In this document: positions 10,051-19,729 of the stretch, piece by piece
Layout of the letters: the number at the start of each line of letters is the position of its first letter
Position numbering within the stretch: the stretch's first letter is position 1
DNA from: Abditibacterium sp.
Lineage (GTDB): Bacteria; Armatimonadota; Abditibacteriia; Abditibacteriales; Abditibacteriaceae
Reading direction: 5' to 3'
Assembly: GCA_965246885.1 (NCBI GenBank)
Contig: OZ251992.1
Location: 960,001 to 1,024,000, forward strand
DNA: 64,000 nt
Program-made: the position numbers and the translations under genes
The notes under the pieces: generated by a model
Databases searched by the model: none
Told to the model about the DNA's origin: nothing
What the model saw: the letters and a program-made list of their open reading frames with translations, nothing else

Positions 10051-12006
10051 ATGTTCTATCTCCTCGACGCCGCGCTGTTCCTCGGCTTTTTCGCGCTTCT
10101 GCTTGCTTTCGGTTTGGCGGTCACGTCGCACCATCGCTCGGTGGTCGAGGCGCTCGTGTGGGCGCCTGCCGCGTTTTTAGGGGTGTGGGGAACGCTGTTC
10201 TATCTGGCGGGCCTCGCGGGGGTCTTCCAAGCGGCGCCCTTTTGGATCGGCGCGCTCGCGGTATTGCTGGGCGGATGCGCTTGGAAGCGCGGTGATCTTG
10301 CGATCAACGCGCGGCGGTTGGGCGCGTCGCTGCGCGCGCTCACGCGGGTGGAGCGAGCGTTGTTGACGTATGTTGCCGGAAGCGCGTTGCTGCTTTTCGC
10401 GCTTTGTTTGGTGCCACCCAGTGGCGCGGATTACGACTCGCTCGTCTATCACCTCGCCGTGCCGATGCAGTGGTTGCGCGCGGGGCGAGTGACGGAGCTT
10501 GCCTACGACCATCACTCATATTTCCCGTTTGTGGGGGAGATGCTGTATGCCCTTGCCCTCGGTGTGCGCGGCGCGGTGTTAGCCAAGCTGTTCCATTGGG
10601 CGATGCTGCTGTTTGGGGCGCTGTCGTTGTGCGTTTTGGGGCAGCGCGCGGGAGGCAAGAGCGCGGGCTTGTGGGCGGCGGCGCTGTTCATCTCGCTTCC
10701 AATGACGCAAACCGAGGCGACGAGCGCTTATATAGACCTCACCTTTAGCGCCTTCGCATGGGCAGCGACGGCGCTGTTTTGCGAGGCATTGTGGGGAGAA
10801 TCAGATGCGAACGCGCGCCGTAAAAGTTGGCTCTTGTGCGGCGTCTTTTGCGGGCTGTGCTTGGGCGCGAAGTATTTCGGCTGGCTGGTGCTGGGGTTCT
10901 TGGGAGTTTGGCTGCTGGTCGCTTCGACGCGTGAACTAGTGGGCGAGGAGCCAAAGCAACGCTGGACGCGACTGGCGTGGCTGGGGATGCCCGCTTTGGC
11001 GCTGGGCGGGTTTTGGTATGTGCGCAACGCCCTTTGGACGGGAAATCCGGTCTTTCCTTTCGCGTTTGGCGTGTTCGGTGGGCGCGGCTGGACGCGCGCG
11101 ATGGCGGTCGCGTACGACGCGGATCAGGCCCAGTTCGGGTATGGGAAGACGGCGCTCGACCTGCTGCTTCTGCCGTTCCGCTTGGCGATGGCGCCGCTCC
11201 CGGTTGGGGTGCTGAACGGACAAATGAAAGGGCTTCCGTTTTGGCCGATGGATTCGTCGCCCTTGGCAGACCCGGCGCGGTCGGGCTTATTCGACGTGCG
11301 CCCGGTGGTTTTTGCGGTCTTTCCCGGCCCGGTGCTGCTCGCAACGGGTGTTCCGGCGCTGTTGGCGCGGCGTAAAGGCGCCTTAGTGGGTTTTGTGGCG
11401 TGGTTCCTCGCGTTTTTGTGGGTGTTTTGGGCGCTGACGAGCCAGCAGGTGCGCTACTTGTTCCCCGCGTTGGGACTGATGTGCGCTTTGAGCGGCTGGA
11501 TGTTGGCAGTGCGCCTGCCGCGCTTCCCGCTTGCCAGTCGGGTGGCGGGCGTGTGCCTCGCGCTGTGGCTCTTGTTCTCGCCCCTCACAACGCTCCACCG
11601 CGCGGGGGGAACCTTCCTCGTTTTGACCGGCGCCGAAACGCCCGATGCCTACCTCAACCGCACTTGTCCGGGGTACACTGCGGAGCAGTGGTTGGGAGCG
11701 AATACGCCCGCGCAAAGCCGCTTCGCCGTGTGGGGCGAGCCGCGCGGCTTTTACCTGCCGCGCCCTTACTTTTGGGCGGACGACCCGCACAATAACCTGC
11801 TCGACTACGGCGCCATCACAACGCCTGCTCAACTGACGGGCGCCCTCCAAGCCTTGGGTGCGACGCACGTGTTAGTGAACCGCAACCCCGGACGCAATGG
11901 CGGCGTCTTCGGCCCGCCGGAGCCATTGTTTGACCAAGCGGTCGCGGCGGGGAAACTGCGCTTGCTGTTCGCGGCGCGCGACTTTGAAGTCTACGAACTG
12001 CGTTAG
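10051..12006 (+). CDS. ArnT/PMT-like (GT-C fold) integral membrane glycosyltransferase
   Basis: Many TM segments; DYDSLVYHL, WYVRNALWTGNPVFP and RYLFP motifs; ATG at 10051 after an AG-rich RBS. Confidence 0.75.
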   Translation: MFYLLDAALFLGFFALLLAFGLAVTSHHRSVVEALVWAPAAFLGVWGTLFYLAGLAGVFQAAPFWIGALAVLLGGCAWKRGDLAINARRLGASLRALTRVERALLTYVAGSALLLFALCLVPPSGADYDSLVYHLAVPMQWLRAGRVTELAYDHHSYFPFVGEMLYALALGVRGAVLAKLFHWAMLLFGALSLCVLGQRAGGKSAGLWAAALFISLPMTQTEATSAYIDLTFSAFAWAATALFCEALWGESDANARRKSWLLCGVFCGLCLGAKYFGWLVLGFLGVWLLVASTRELVGEEPKQRWTRLAWLGMPALALGGFWYVRNALWTGNPVFPFAFGVFGGRGWTRAMAVAYDADQAQFGYGKTALDLLLLPFRLAMAPLPVGVLNGQMKGLPFWPMDSSPLADPARSGLFDVRPVVFAVFPGPVLLATGVPALLARRKGALVGFVAWFLAFLWVFWALTSQQVRYLFPALGLMCALSGWMLAVRLPRFPLASRVAGVCLALWLLFSPLTTLHRAGGTFLVLTGAETPDAYLNRTCPGYTAEQWLGANTPAQSRFAVWGEPRGFYLPRPYFWADDPHNNLLDYGAITTPAQLTGALQALGATHVLVNRNPGRNGGVFGPPEPLFDQAVAAGKLRLLFAARDFEVYELR

Positions 12007-12884
12007 GACAAATACCCCATCACTTTGTAAATCAGGCGGGCGACGGCAAAAGCGCTGGCGGGGTGGCCGCCGATGAGTTCCACGCAGTCGAAAGCGCGCA
12101 CGCGAACATCGCTCTTTTGACAGAGCGCGCGGAACAGGTCGCGGACTTGGAAGAAGGACAAGCCGCCCGGTTCGGGCGTGCCGGTGTCGGGCACCCAACT
12201 GGGGTCGCCGCCGTCCACGTCGAAGGTGAGATACACATCGCCGCGCACGTCCGCGAGCAGGAGCGGCAGGTTCGCGCGGAAATCCTCCAGAATATCGTCC
12301 GCCCAGAACTGGGTCACGTTGTCGGGCCGGAACTCCCACTCCTCGCTCGACGTGGAGCGCAGGCCGATTTGCACGACGCGCACGTTGCCTATCTCCGAGC
12401 AACGTCGCATCACGCAGCCGTGCCCGAACGGGGTGCCGCCATACTCGAAGCGCAGGTCGGTATGTGCGTCTATTTGGACGACCGTGACGAACTCGCTCCG
12501 CTCCGCGAGGGCGCGCACGCCGCCAAGTGTCAGAGAATGCTCGCCGCCGAGCAGAATGGGAAACTTTCCGGCGTCCAGCACCTCGCCGATGACCTCTTCG
12601 ATGCGCTCCGCCATGTCGCGCGGGCCGCTCATAACCGGTTCGATGTCGGGCGTGGTGTGGATGCCGACTTCGCAGATTTCCCGTTCCAGTTCGCGGTCGA
12701 AGAGTTCCATGTTCATGGAGGCTTCGATGATGGCACCGGCGCCCTCGCGCGTGCCGCCGCGCCATGTCGTCGTGGAATCGTAGGGCGCCGGGAGCACCAC
12801 GAAGCGCGCCGTTTCCCACGCGGACAGATCGCCGTCGAGGGCGGCGAAGTTGTGCGCGGGCCAGAAGTTCTTTGGGTTGAGCAT
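12003..12884 (-). CDS. speB: Agmatinase (arginase family)
   Basis: PYDSTT..RGG, GGEHS, DAHTD, DVD..DP, TGTPEPGG and DCVE motifs. Confidence 0.9.
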   Translation of the reverse strand: MLNPKNFWPAHNFAALDGDLSAWETARFVVLPAPYDSTTTWRGGTREGAGAIIEASMNMELFDRELEREICEVGIHTTPDIEPVMSGPRDMAERIEEVIGEVLDAGKFPILLGGEHSLTLGGVRALAERSEFVTVVQIDAHTDLRFEYGGTPFGHGCVMRRCSEIGNVRVVQIGLRSTSSEEWEFRPDNVTQFWADDILEDFRANLPLLLADVRGDVYLTFDVDGGDPSWVPDTGTPEPGGLSFFQVRDLFRALCQKSDVRVRAFDCVELIGGHPASAFAVARLIYKVMGYLS

Positions 12885-12903
12885 GAAAACGGGCGCAGTT
12901 TAA

Positions 12904-12975
12904 GGCCACCGATGCACACAGAGAACGCGGATATTTTTGGATTCTTATCCGTGTTTTTCGTGTTTATCGGTGGCC
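12904..12975. repeat. Imperfect 30-bp inverted repeat with internal 9-bp periodicity
   Basis: ggccaccgatgcacacagagaacgcggata versus tatccgtgtttttcgtgtttatcggtggcc; overlaps the 3' end of the DsbA-family gene. Confidence 0.7.
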
Positions 12976-13502
12976 GCTTGGATGGCCGCGCGCAAGCGGT
13001 CGAGTTGCCACATTCCCTCACGGTTGTCGTGGAAGTGGCCGTTGATAAACAGGGTTGGGGTGCCGTGCGCGCCGCTTGCTTTGGCGTCGGCGATGCCCGC
13101 GTGGATGGCTTCGTCGAAGGCGCCCGACCCGAAGTCGCCCTCGAAGCGGGCGGTGTCGAGGCCCAGTTGCTCGGCGTAGCCCTTCAAAGCCGTTGGGCCA
13201 AGGGCGTTTTGGTTCTCAAAGAGCGCCTCATACATCGGCCAGAACTGCCCCTGCGCGTGCGCGGCATGGGCGGCGCGGGCCGCGAGGAGGGCGTGCGGGT
13301 GAATGTCCGTAAGGGGGAAGGGGCGGAACACGTAAAGCAAGGGGGGGCCTTCTTTTTCCTCGGCTTGGAGTTGGGTGATAGTGCCGACGAGGGCGGCGGA
13401 GTAGGGGCACTCGAAGTCTCCGAAGTGGACGAGTTGGATGGGCGCGGAGAGGTCGCCTTGGTGGAAGTCGGACGAGGAAACGGGCGTGTGAAGCGTGGGC
13501 AT
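12945..13502 (-). CDS. DsbA-family thioredoxin-like protein
   Basis: GDFECPYS, FRPFPL..IHPHA and GTPTLFING; the active site is CxxS rather than CxxC. Confidence 0.85.
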   Translation of the reverse strand: MPTLHTPVSSSDFHQGDLSAPIQLVHFGDFECPYSAALVGTITQLQAEEKEGPPLLYVFRPFPLTDIHPHALLAARAAHAAHAQGQFWPMYEALFENQNALGPTALKGYAEQLGLDTARFEGDFGSGAFDEAIHAGIADAKASGAHGTPTLFINGHFHDNREGMWQLDRLRAAIQAATDKHEKHG

Positions 13503-13556
13503 GGCGCGCGCGAGGTGGGCGAGATAGGGGCCAAGGGGCGCTTAAACTGAGGGGCG

Positions 13557-14711
13557 ATGACCGTTTCCCCTCCGCGTGCGCCCGCCACCGTTAGCACTTC
13601 GCCCGACTTCGTCCGCGCCGAGCGGCGCGGCGGCTTCGATTGGGTGCTCCTCCTCCTCGTGGTGGGATTGTCGGCATGGGGCGTGATGACCATCTACTCC
13701 GCGACACACGGCGAGCGTGGGCATACGGGCGACGCCAACAAGCAGATAGGGTTCATCGTGCTGGGCGTGCTCGTGATGGGCGCACTTGCGCTCAGCCGCT
13801 ACCGCTCGCTTGTCCATGCCCAAGCCGCCATTTATTTTGCCAACCTCGCGCTGCTGACGCTTCTGCTCATTCTGCCGCACAAGCTGGCGCCGACCATTAA
13901 CGGCGCGCGCGCGTGGATTAAGCTGGGGCCGATTTCCCTTCAGCCATCGGAGCTGTCCAAGTTCGCCGTGTTAGTGTGCCTGTCGGCGTTCTGGGCGCGG
14001 CGCCAGAGCGCGGCGCGCGAGTGGAAGACGTTGCTCCTGTCGCTCGCCTATCTGGTGCCGGTGATTGCGCTTATCATGAAGCAGCCGGACTTAGGCACCA
14101 CGATGGCAACGCTTTCCATTTGGCTGGGGGTGGCGTTCTTCGCGGGAGCGCGGGCGAGCCACCTGTTGCTGACGGTCGCCGTTGGTATTGCGCTGTTTTT
14201 GGGCGCGTGGAATGGCGGCATCCTCAAGGCGCACCAGAAGGAGCGGCTGGTGGTGTTCCTCCACCCCGATGCTAACCTGCGCGGCGGTGGCTACCAGCTA
14301 AACCAAGCGCAGATCGCTATTGGCGGCGGGCAGATAACGGGGCAAGGCTACGGCAAGGGGCTGCAAAACCGCGCGCACTACGTCCCCGAAAACCACACCG
14401 ACTTCGTATTTACCGTCGTGGCGGAAGAGTGGGGCTTTGTGGGGGGGGCGCTGCTGTTGCTGTTGTATCTGGCCCTCTTGTGGCGCACCTCTCGCATCGC
14501 GGGCGAGGGCGATTCCTACTTCGGCACGCTGCTTTGCGGCGGTTTCTCGGCGCTTCTGGCGTTCCACTGCCTCATCAACATCGGCATGACGATGCGTCTG
14601 CTACCCGTGACGGGGGTGCCTCTGCCGTTCTTTTCCTACGGAGGGTCGAACTTTCTGTCCTTCTCGCTTGGTATCGGCGCGTGCCTGAGCGTGAGCGCGC
14701 GGCGCCGCTAA
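13557..14711 (+). CDS. rodA: Rod shape-determining protein RodA (SEDS family)
   Basis: GARAWI, QPSE..K, QPDLGT, GYQ..Q..IAIGGG, PENHTDF and TGVPLPFFSYGGS motifs. Confidence 0.9.
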   Translation: MTVSPPRAPATVSTSPDFVRAERRGGFDWVLLLLVVGLSAWGVMTIYSATHGERGHTGDANKQIGFIVLGVLVMGALALSRYRSLVHAQAAIYFANLALLTLLLILPHKLAPTINGARAWIKLGPISLQPSELSKFAVLVCLSAFWARRQSAAREWKTLLLSLAYLVPVIALIMKQPDLGTTMATLSIWLGVAFFAGARASHLLLTVAVGIALFLGAWNGGILKAHQKERLVVFLHPDANLRGGGYQLNQAQIAIGGGQITGQGYGKGLQNRAHYVPENHTDFVFTVVAEEWGFVGGALLLLLYLALLWRTSRIAGEGDSYFGTLLCGGFSALLAFHCLINIGMTMRLLPVTGVPLPFFSYGGSNFLSFSLGIGACLSVSARRR

Positions 14712-14731
14712 CCCTGTGCCTCCGGCACAGT

Positions 14732-15646
14732 TTAAAAGGCCGCCATCTTCGCTACAGCATCCACGCGCCTATCCACTTCCTCGCGCGTGAGTTTCGCCAA
14801 GGCGCCGAGGGAAAAGTCGCTGACCGTCGCCGACGCGACACTGCTACCCACCACAACGGCGCGGCGCATGTTCTCGATGGAGATGTCGCCGGTTTGCGCC
14901 AGGTACCCCGTGAACGCGCCCGCAAAACTGTCGCCTGCACCGGTGGGATCAACCACTTCCTCAATGGGAAACGACGGGGCCGAGAAGATGTCGTCGCCGC
15001 TAAACATCAAAGCGCCGTGCTCGCCCTTCTTGATGATGACCACGCGCGGGCCACGCCGGAGCATCGCGCGTCCGGCGCGAATCAGGTTTGGCTCATCAAG
15101 CAGCAAGCGCGCTTCGCCGTCGTTCATCACGGCAACATCGGCGCGCGAAAGCACTTCCAAGACGGCCTCGCGCGCGAGGTTGATCCACAGGTTCATGGTG
15201 TCGCACACGACCAAGCGGGGGTTGGCCACGCTTTCCAACACCTTCAGTTGCAGGCCGGGGTTGATGTTGGCCAGAAAGACAAAGGGCGTCCCCGACCAGC
15301 CTTCGGGCAGGTGCGGCTCGAAGGACTCGAACACGCCCAGTTCGGTTTGGTGGGTTTGCGCTTCGTTGAGGTCGCGCAGGTAGTCGCCTTTCCAGCGAAA
15401 GGTGTGGCCGCCCGCGATGCGCTGCAAGCCGCCCAAGTCCACGCCGCGCGCTTCCAAGAACTGCGTGTGCTCGGCGGGAAAGTCGTCGCCGACGACGCCG
15501 ACCAGACGGACGGGTGCGAACAAGGAAGTCGCCGTCGCCGCATAGGTCGCCGCGCCGCCAAGGGCGTTATCCACGCGGCCCGATGGCGTCTCGACCGAAT
15601 CGAGCGCGACCGAACCGACAATCAAAACGGGCAAAGAAGAAGTCAT
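14732..15646 (-). CDS. PfkB-family carbohydrate/nucleoside kinase
   Basis: VGSVALD..ETP, LGGAA, KKGEHGA and DPTGAGDSFAG motifs. Confidence 0.9.
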   Translation of the reverse strand: MTSSLPVLIVGSVALDSVETPSGRVDNALGGAATYAATATSLFAPVRLVGVVGDDFPAEHTQFLEARGVDLGGLQRIAGGHTFRWKGDYLRDLNEAQTHQTELGVFESFEPHLPEGWSGTPFVFLANINPGLQLKVLESVANPRLVVCDTMNLWINLAREAVLEVLSRADVAVMNDGEARLLLDEPNLIRAGRAMLRRGPRVVIIKKGEHGALMFSGDDIFSAPSFPIEEVVDPTGAGDSFAGAFTGYLAQTGDISIENMRRAVVVGSSVASATVSDFSLGALAKLTREEVDRRVDAVAKMAAF

Positions 15647-15679
15647 GGCTTCAAAGCCTACACAACCGGCGACACCACG

Positions 15680-16231
15680 CTACCGGGCGGCGCGTCTGGC
15701 TGCGCTTTCGGCGCGCATGAGGCGCAGTAGCACCCGCCCCAACGACGCGCCGCCGATGCACAAGAGCACCCCGGCCAAAGCCGCGAACACCCACAGCATC
15801 CGGCGCCAAAGCACGGTGGACTGGGCGTCTTCCTCGAACGAAGCGAACTGGGCGGGATTGAGCCGCGCGGCTTCGTGCGCGTCGGACAAAAGGCCCGCAT
15901 AATCACCCAACCCTTTGCGCGCCATGCACCGCGCGGCGAAAGCTCCGGCGTCGCGCGGGTCGAGGCGCAGGGCGCCCGTCAAGTCATTTTTGGCGCCTTG
16001 CCAGTCGTGCAGTTCCAAGCGCGCCACGCCGCGTCCGTGCAAGGCGTCCACTTCGATGTTGGGGTTGCCATCGGCGGCATGGAGGGCGCGGTCGAAGTGC
16101 TCGCGCGCGGCGCGCCAGTCTTCGCTCCCCCACGCGGCGTGTCCCTGCGAGAGTTCCGATGTAGCCGACTGCGCCCCCACTGGAACGGCGACGAAAAGGG
16201 CGCAAGTGACAAAGAGCAAGCAGAGGAACAT
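15680..16231 (-). CDS. Tetratricopeptide-repeat protein with signal peptide and C-terminal TM helix
   Basis: TPR-like helices (ALHGRGVAR...GA..DLT.AL.LDP); hydrophobic termini. Confidence 0.7.
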   Translation of the reverse strand: MFLCLLFVTCALFVAVPVGAQSATSELSQGHAAWGSEDWRAAREHFDRALHAADGNPNIEVDALHGRGVARLELHDWQGAKNDLTGALRLDPRDAGAFAARCMARKGLGDYAGLLSDAHEAARLNPAQFASFEEDAQSTVLWRRMLWVFAALAGVLLCIGGASLGRVLLRLMRAESAARRAAR

Positions 16232-16234
16232 GGC

Positions 16235-17683
16235 TTAAGGCGCGCTGGCTTTGGCGAGGAGCGAGCGCTCCGGTTTAGGAGAAGCAGCGGGGGTGGGAAG
16301 GGACAAGCGCACTTCGAGGCCACCTTCGGGGCGGTTGCGGGCGGAGATGGTGCCGCCGTGCGCGGCTAAAGCGCGCTGGGCGATGGCGAGACCGAGGCCG
16401 GTGCCCGACCCGCCGTCGGGCCGGTCGCGCGCGCCTTCGACGCGGTAGAAGGGACGAAAAATGTCGTCTAACTCTTCGTCAGGGACGCCGGGGCCACCGT
16501 CAGCGATGGAGAAAACGACACCGTTTTCTCCCCCCGTGAGGGTGAGGGCGACGACCGAGTCGTCGTTGGTATGCTTGAGGGCATTGCGCGTCACGTTCTC
16601 GACGGCGCGGTGCAGCAGTTCGGGATCGCCGCGCAGAATCAGCCCTTCTTCCGGCCCGGAAAAGGTGACGCGCACCCCGCGCCCGGCGTTTTGGGCTTCA
16701 AACTGGGCGTCTTCGTAGACTTCGCGGGCCAGCGCCGCGAAATCCACGCGCCCCTCCAACGTCGCGGCGGGCAGACCGTTCTCCAAGCGCGAAAGGGTCA
16801 GCAGTTCGCCGATAAGCACGTCGAGCCGGATGGCTTCGCGCGCGATGCGCTCGATGGCGTTTTGCTTTTTGGCGTCGTCGCCGCGCCGCGCCAGTTCGAG
16901 GGCGAGGTTCATGCGCGCCAAGGGCGAGCGCAGTTCGTGCGACACGTCGCCGAGCAAGCGGTTTTGCGCGGTGACGAGGGACTGCATGCGCCCCGCCATC
17001 GTATCGAAGTCGTGGGCGAGGGAAGCGATTTCGTCGCGCCCGCGCGGAACGTGGTTCGGCTCGACGCGCGCCGTTAAATCGCCTCCCGATAAGCGTTGCG
17101 CGGCGCGGCGGATGCGGCCCACCGGCACCGCCAAATAGCGGGCGAAGCTGTAGCAGAACAGGCCGCTCGCCAAAAAGACGAAGGCGAGGGAAAGAAGTTT
17201 GGTGCGCGTGTTGATGGCGCGAAACGCAACGAGGGAGCGCGAAACGGAACCGGTGACGACGAAATATCCGTAGGGCGTGGCGACGGGTTGCGAGACGGAC
17301 AAGCGTAGCGAGGAGATTTGCAGTTGCGAGCCGCCGCCCTCGGCGCTGCGCAACGAAGCGAGGGTGTTTTGCGCCAACTCCTGAATCTCATCGGGCGCTT
17401 GGGCGCCCTCTTTGAGGCCGCGCACGTGGCCACGCGGGTCGAAGACGTACACCCGAACGCCAGTGCGCCGCTCGGTGCCTTGCAAGAAGCGCCGCAATCC
17501 GGTGTCGCCGCCGCCGAGGAACTTGGCGACGGCATCGCCCGCGTAGCGGTTGAGGATCGAGGACAACAGCACCGACCGGGGCGGCGCTTCGTCGGGCACG
17601 GTTCCCAAGATGAAGATGAGCGCCAAAAGCAGCGCCGTCATCGCGCCCCAGAACCAGAGGAATATCTTGAGGAAGAGGGACAT
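16235..17683 (-). CDS. Sensor histidine kinase (CpxA-like, HAMP-HisKA-HATPase)
   Basis: Two TMs, HAMP, DVSHELRSPL, ENVTRNA, DGGPGV, FRPFYRV and GTGLGLAI. Confidence 0.92.
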   Translation of the reverse strand: MSLFLKIFLWFWGAMTALLLALIFILGTVPDEAPPRSVLLSSILNRYAGDAVAKFLGGGDTGLRRFLQGTERRTGVRVYVFDPRGHVRGLKEGAQAPDEIQELAQNTLASLRSAEGGGSQLQISSLRLSVSQPVATPYGYFVVTGSVSRSLVAFRAINTRTKLLSLAFVFLASGLFCYSFARYLAVPVGRIRRAAQRLSGGDLTARVEPNHVPRGRDEIASLAHDFDTMAGRMQSLVTAQNRLLGDVSHELRSPLARMNLALELARRGDDAKKQNAIERIAREAIRLDVLIGELLTLSRLENGLPAATLEGRVDFAALAREVYEDAQFEAQNAGRGVRVTFSGPEEGLILRGDPELLHRAVENVTRNALKHTNDDSVVALTLTGGENGVVFSIADGGPGVPDEELDDIFRPFYRVEGARDRPDGGSGTGLGLAIAQRALAAHGGTISARNRPEGGLEVRLSLPTPAASPKPERSLLAKASAP

Positions 17684-17752
17684 AGTTCGGGGTTTGGCAG
17701 GGGAAAGGGCGCAGTGGTTTAGTAGTCGCCCTCAGGGGCGCCCCGCGTCGTC

Positions 17753-18448
17753 TTATTCCTCCGGCAAGGTGTAACCGTAGCCGACGCCGCGCAGGTTTTT
17801 GAAGCGGTCGCTGCCGTCGGGGTGCGGCCCCAACTTGCGGCGCAGGTTGGAAACGTGGGTGTCAATGGAGCGGTCGCCGGGAAGGAGCTTGCGACCAAAC
17901 ACGTCGCGGAAGATTTGCTCGCGCGGCACGACGCGGCCCGATTCGCGTAAAAAAGCGGTCATCAGGTCGAATTCAAGACCCGTCAGTTCGACCTTTTCGC
18001 CGCCACGTCGTAGTGTGCGGGCGGCGAGGTTGAGTTCGACGTCGCCAACCTCGAACTTTTCGCGCGCGGCTGGCTCATTGCCGCCGCCGTGCGCGCGGCG
18101 CAGGACGGCGCGCAGGCGCGCGGCGAGTTCGCGCGGATTGAACGGCTTGGGCAGGTAGTCGTCGGCGCCGCTTTCAAGGCCCAAGATGCGGTCGGAGTCG
18201 TCGCCGCGCGCTGTCAGCATGAGAACCGGCACGCTCGACTGCGTGCGCAAGCGCCGCAAGACCTCGAAGCCGCCCAAGCCGGGAAGCATCACGTCGAGGA
18301 TAATGACGTCGAAACCGCCCGCGAGGGCGCGGTCAAGCCCGGCATCGCCGCGTTTGGCGACTTCGACATCGAAGCCTTCCAAAGTGAGAAATTCGTTCGC
18401 AAGTTCTGCGAGTTCTACGTCGTCGTCAATCAATAAAGCGCGGGGCAT
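17753..18448 (-). CDS. OmpR-family response regulator (CpxR-like)
   Basis: LIDDD, LDVMLP, GADDYLPKPF, DRSIDTHVSNLRRKL and RGVGY. Confidence 0.92.
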   Translation of the reverse strand: MPRALLIDDDVELAELANEFLTLEGFDVEVAKRGDAGLDRALAGGFDVIILDVMLPGLGGFEVLRRLRTQSSVPVLMLTARGDDSDRILGLESGADDYLPKPFNPRELAARLRAVLRRAHGGGNEPAAREKFEVGDVELNLAARTLRRGGEKVELTGLEFDLMTAFLRESGRVVPREQIFRDVFGRKLLPGDRSIDTHVSNLRRKLGPHPDGSDRFKNLRGVGYGYTLPEE

Positions 18449-18676
18449 GGTGGTTTCCTCCAAGTGTAAAACTTCTATGGTGCCGCAAAAGCATACCGTT
18501 TAGGGAGTAGATACACCCAAGAAGTGGCACGCGGCGGACAATTCGCTACCCTCCTTCTTGCCGAGCGCGCCATTTTGCCGGGGTCACTGGCACTTAGATG
18601 CAGATTCGCTGCTTCCTCGCTGGCTGCGATGGGTGCTTGGGCTTTAGTATCTGCGATAGGAGCTTGGGCTTCTCGC

Positions 18677-19558
18677 TCAATTGATTTTGGACGCTAAAGG
18701 TGTGGGAATGCTGGCAAAAGCGAGGACGTTGGTGTTATCAATATCCTCGTGATCACCGACTCTCTCCAACTTCTTTGAGCGAAGGGTGTATATTTGATAG
18801 CCGCACTCCTTCAAAAGCCCCCGGATGTCGGCGACGGAGTGTCCACCGCGCTGGGCAGCCCATTCCGAAAGCTCCAATAAAAGACACCCAATGGCTTTCC
18901 CTTGAAGCAGAGCTTTGCTGCCCAACAAAGCGTTGTATTCGCTACCCTCGATGTCCATCTTCACGAGGTCAACGGAAAGGATGCCCCTGTCGCGGCAATA
19001 GTCGTCGAGCGAAATTACTTCGGTCGCCACATCAAAGTCGTCTTGGGTGGCTTCCGATACGAAGTTCATGCCTTCATTGCTTTGCGTGGAGCCTACACAA
19101 CGATGAAGAAAAGCTTGCCCATGTTCTTGCCCCACAGCTACCACATTCACCACGATATTGTTCAAGCCGTTCAACTTCGCGTTGGCACTAACGGCTTCAG
19201 CTAAAGTGGGCGTCGGTTCAAATGAGTGAATCGTGGCCATCGGTCTTTTTTGAGCCGCTAACAAGGAATATACACCGACGTTTGCGCCCACATCAAAGAT
19301 AGTGGAAGCTGTAGCCGCTAATTCGCTCCAAAGCTCGCACCACTCTTCCTCATAGCCTCCCAAGAAGTAAATTTGGCGTTGGATTTCTTTGGTCAAATCG
19401 CAATTCATCATAATGTCGGCTTGTTTAAGCCGCCCCCGACGCTGATATTTACCAAAGGAAAGAGGTTTCCACAAAGCGGCCAACACCCTTCTCTTCCCTT
19501 TTATCGAAGGAAAATTATAGCTGTAACTTCTGAGGAGATTGTGCGCAAGGTTCTTCAT
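18677..19558 (-). CDS. FkbM-family methyltransferase
   Basis: FDVGANVG.YSL, FEP and VKMDIEGSE; DNA is visibly more AT-rich than the flanks. Confidence 0.88.
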   Translation of the reverse strand: MKNLAHNLLRSYSYNFPSIKGKRRVLAALWKPLSFGKYQRRGRLKQADIMMNCDLTKEIQRQIYFLGGYEEEWCELWSELAATASTIFDVGANVGVYSLLAAQKRPMATIHSFEPTPTLAEAVSANAKLNGLNNIVVNVVAVGQEHGQAFLHRCVGSTQSNEGMNFVSEATQDDFDVATEVISLDDYCRDRGILSVDLVKMDIEGSEYNALLGSKALLQGKAIGCLLLELSEWAAQRGGHSVADIRGLLKECGYQIYTLRSKKLERVGDHEDIDNTNVLAFASIPTPLASKIN

Positions 19559-19729
19559 AATGGCTGTCGTTCCGCTCTTAAAGAGGCCATTGGATTGCTC
19601 GTCTTTTCAAAGGGTGCTCCAATGCCCCGCTTGAGTTGCGCGGGTTATTTTAGCATAAATTTTCCGCGAAGTCGAAGCTAAAGAGAAGGTGGATGACGCG
19701 AGGTGCGCTATTACTTTAAAATGTGTAGG

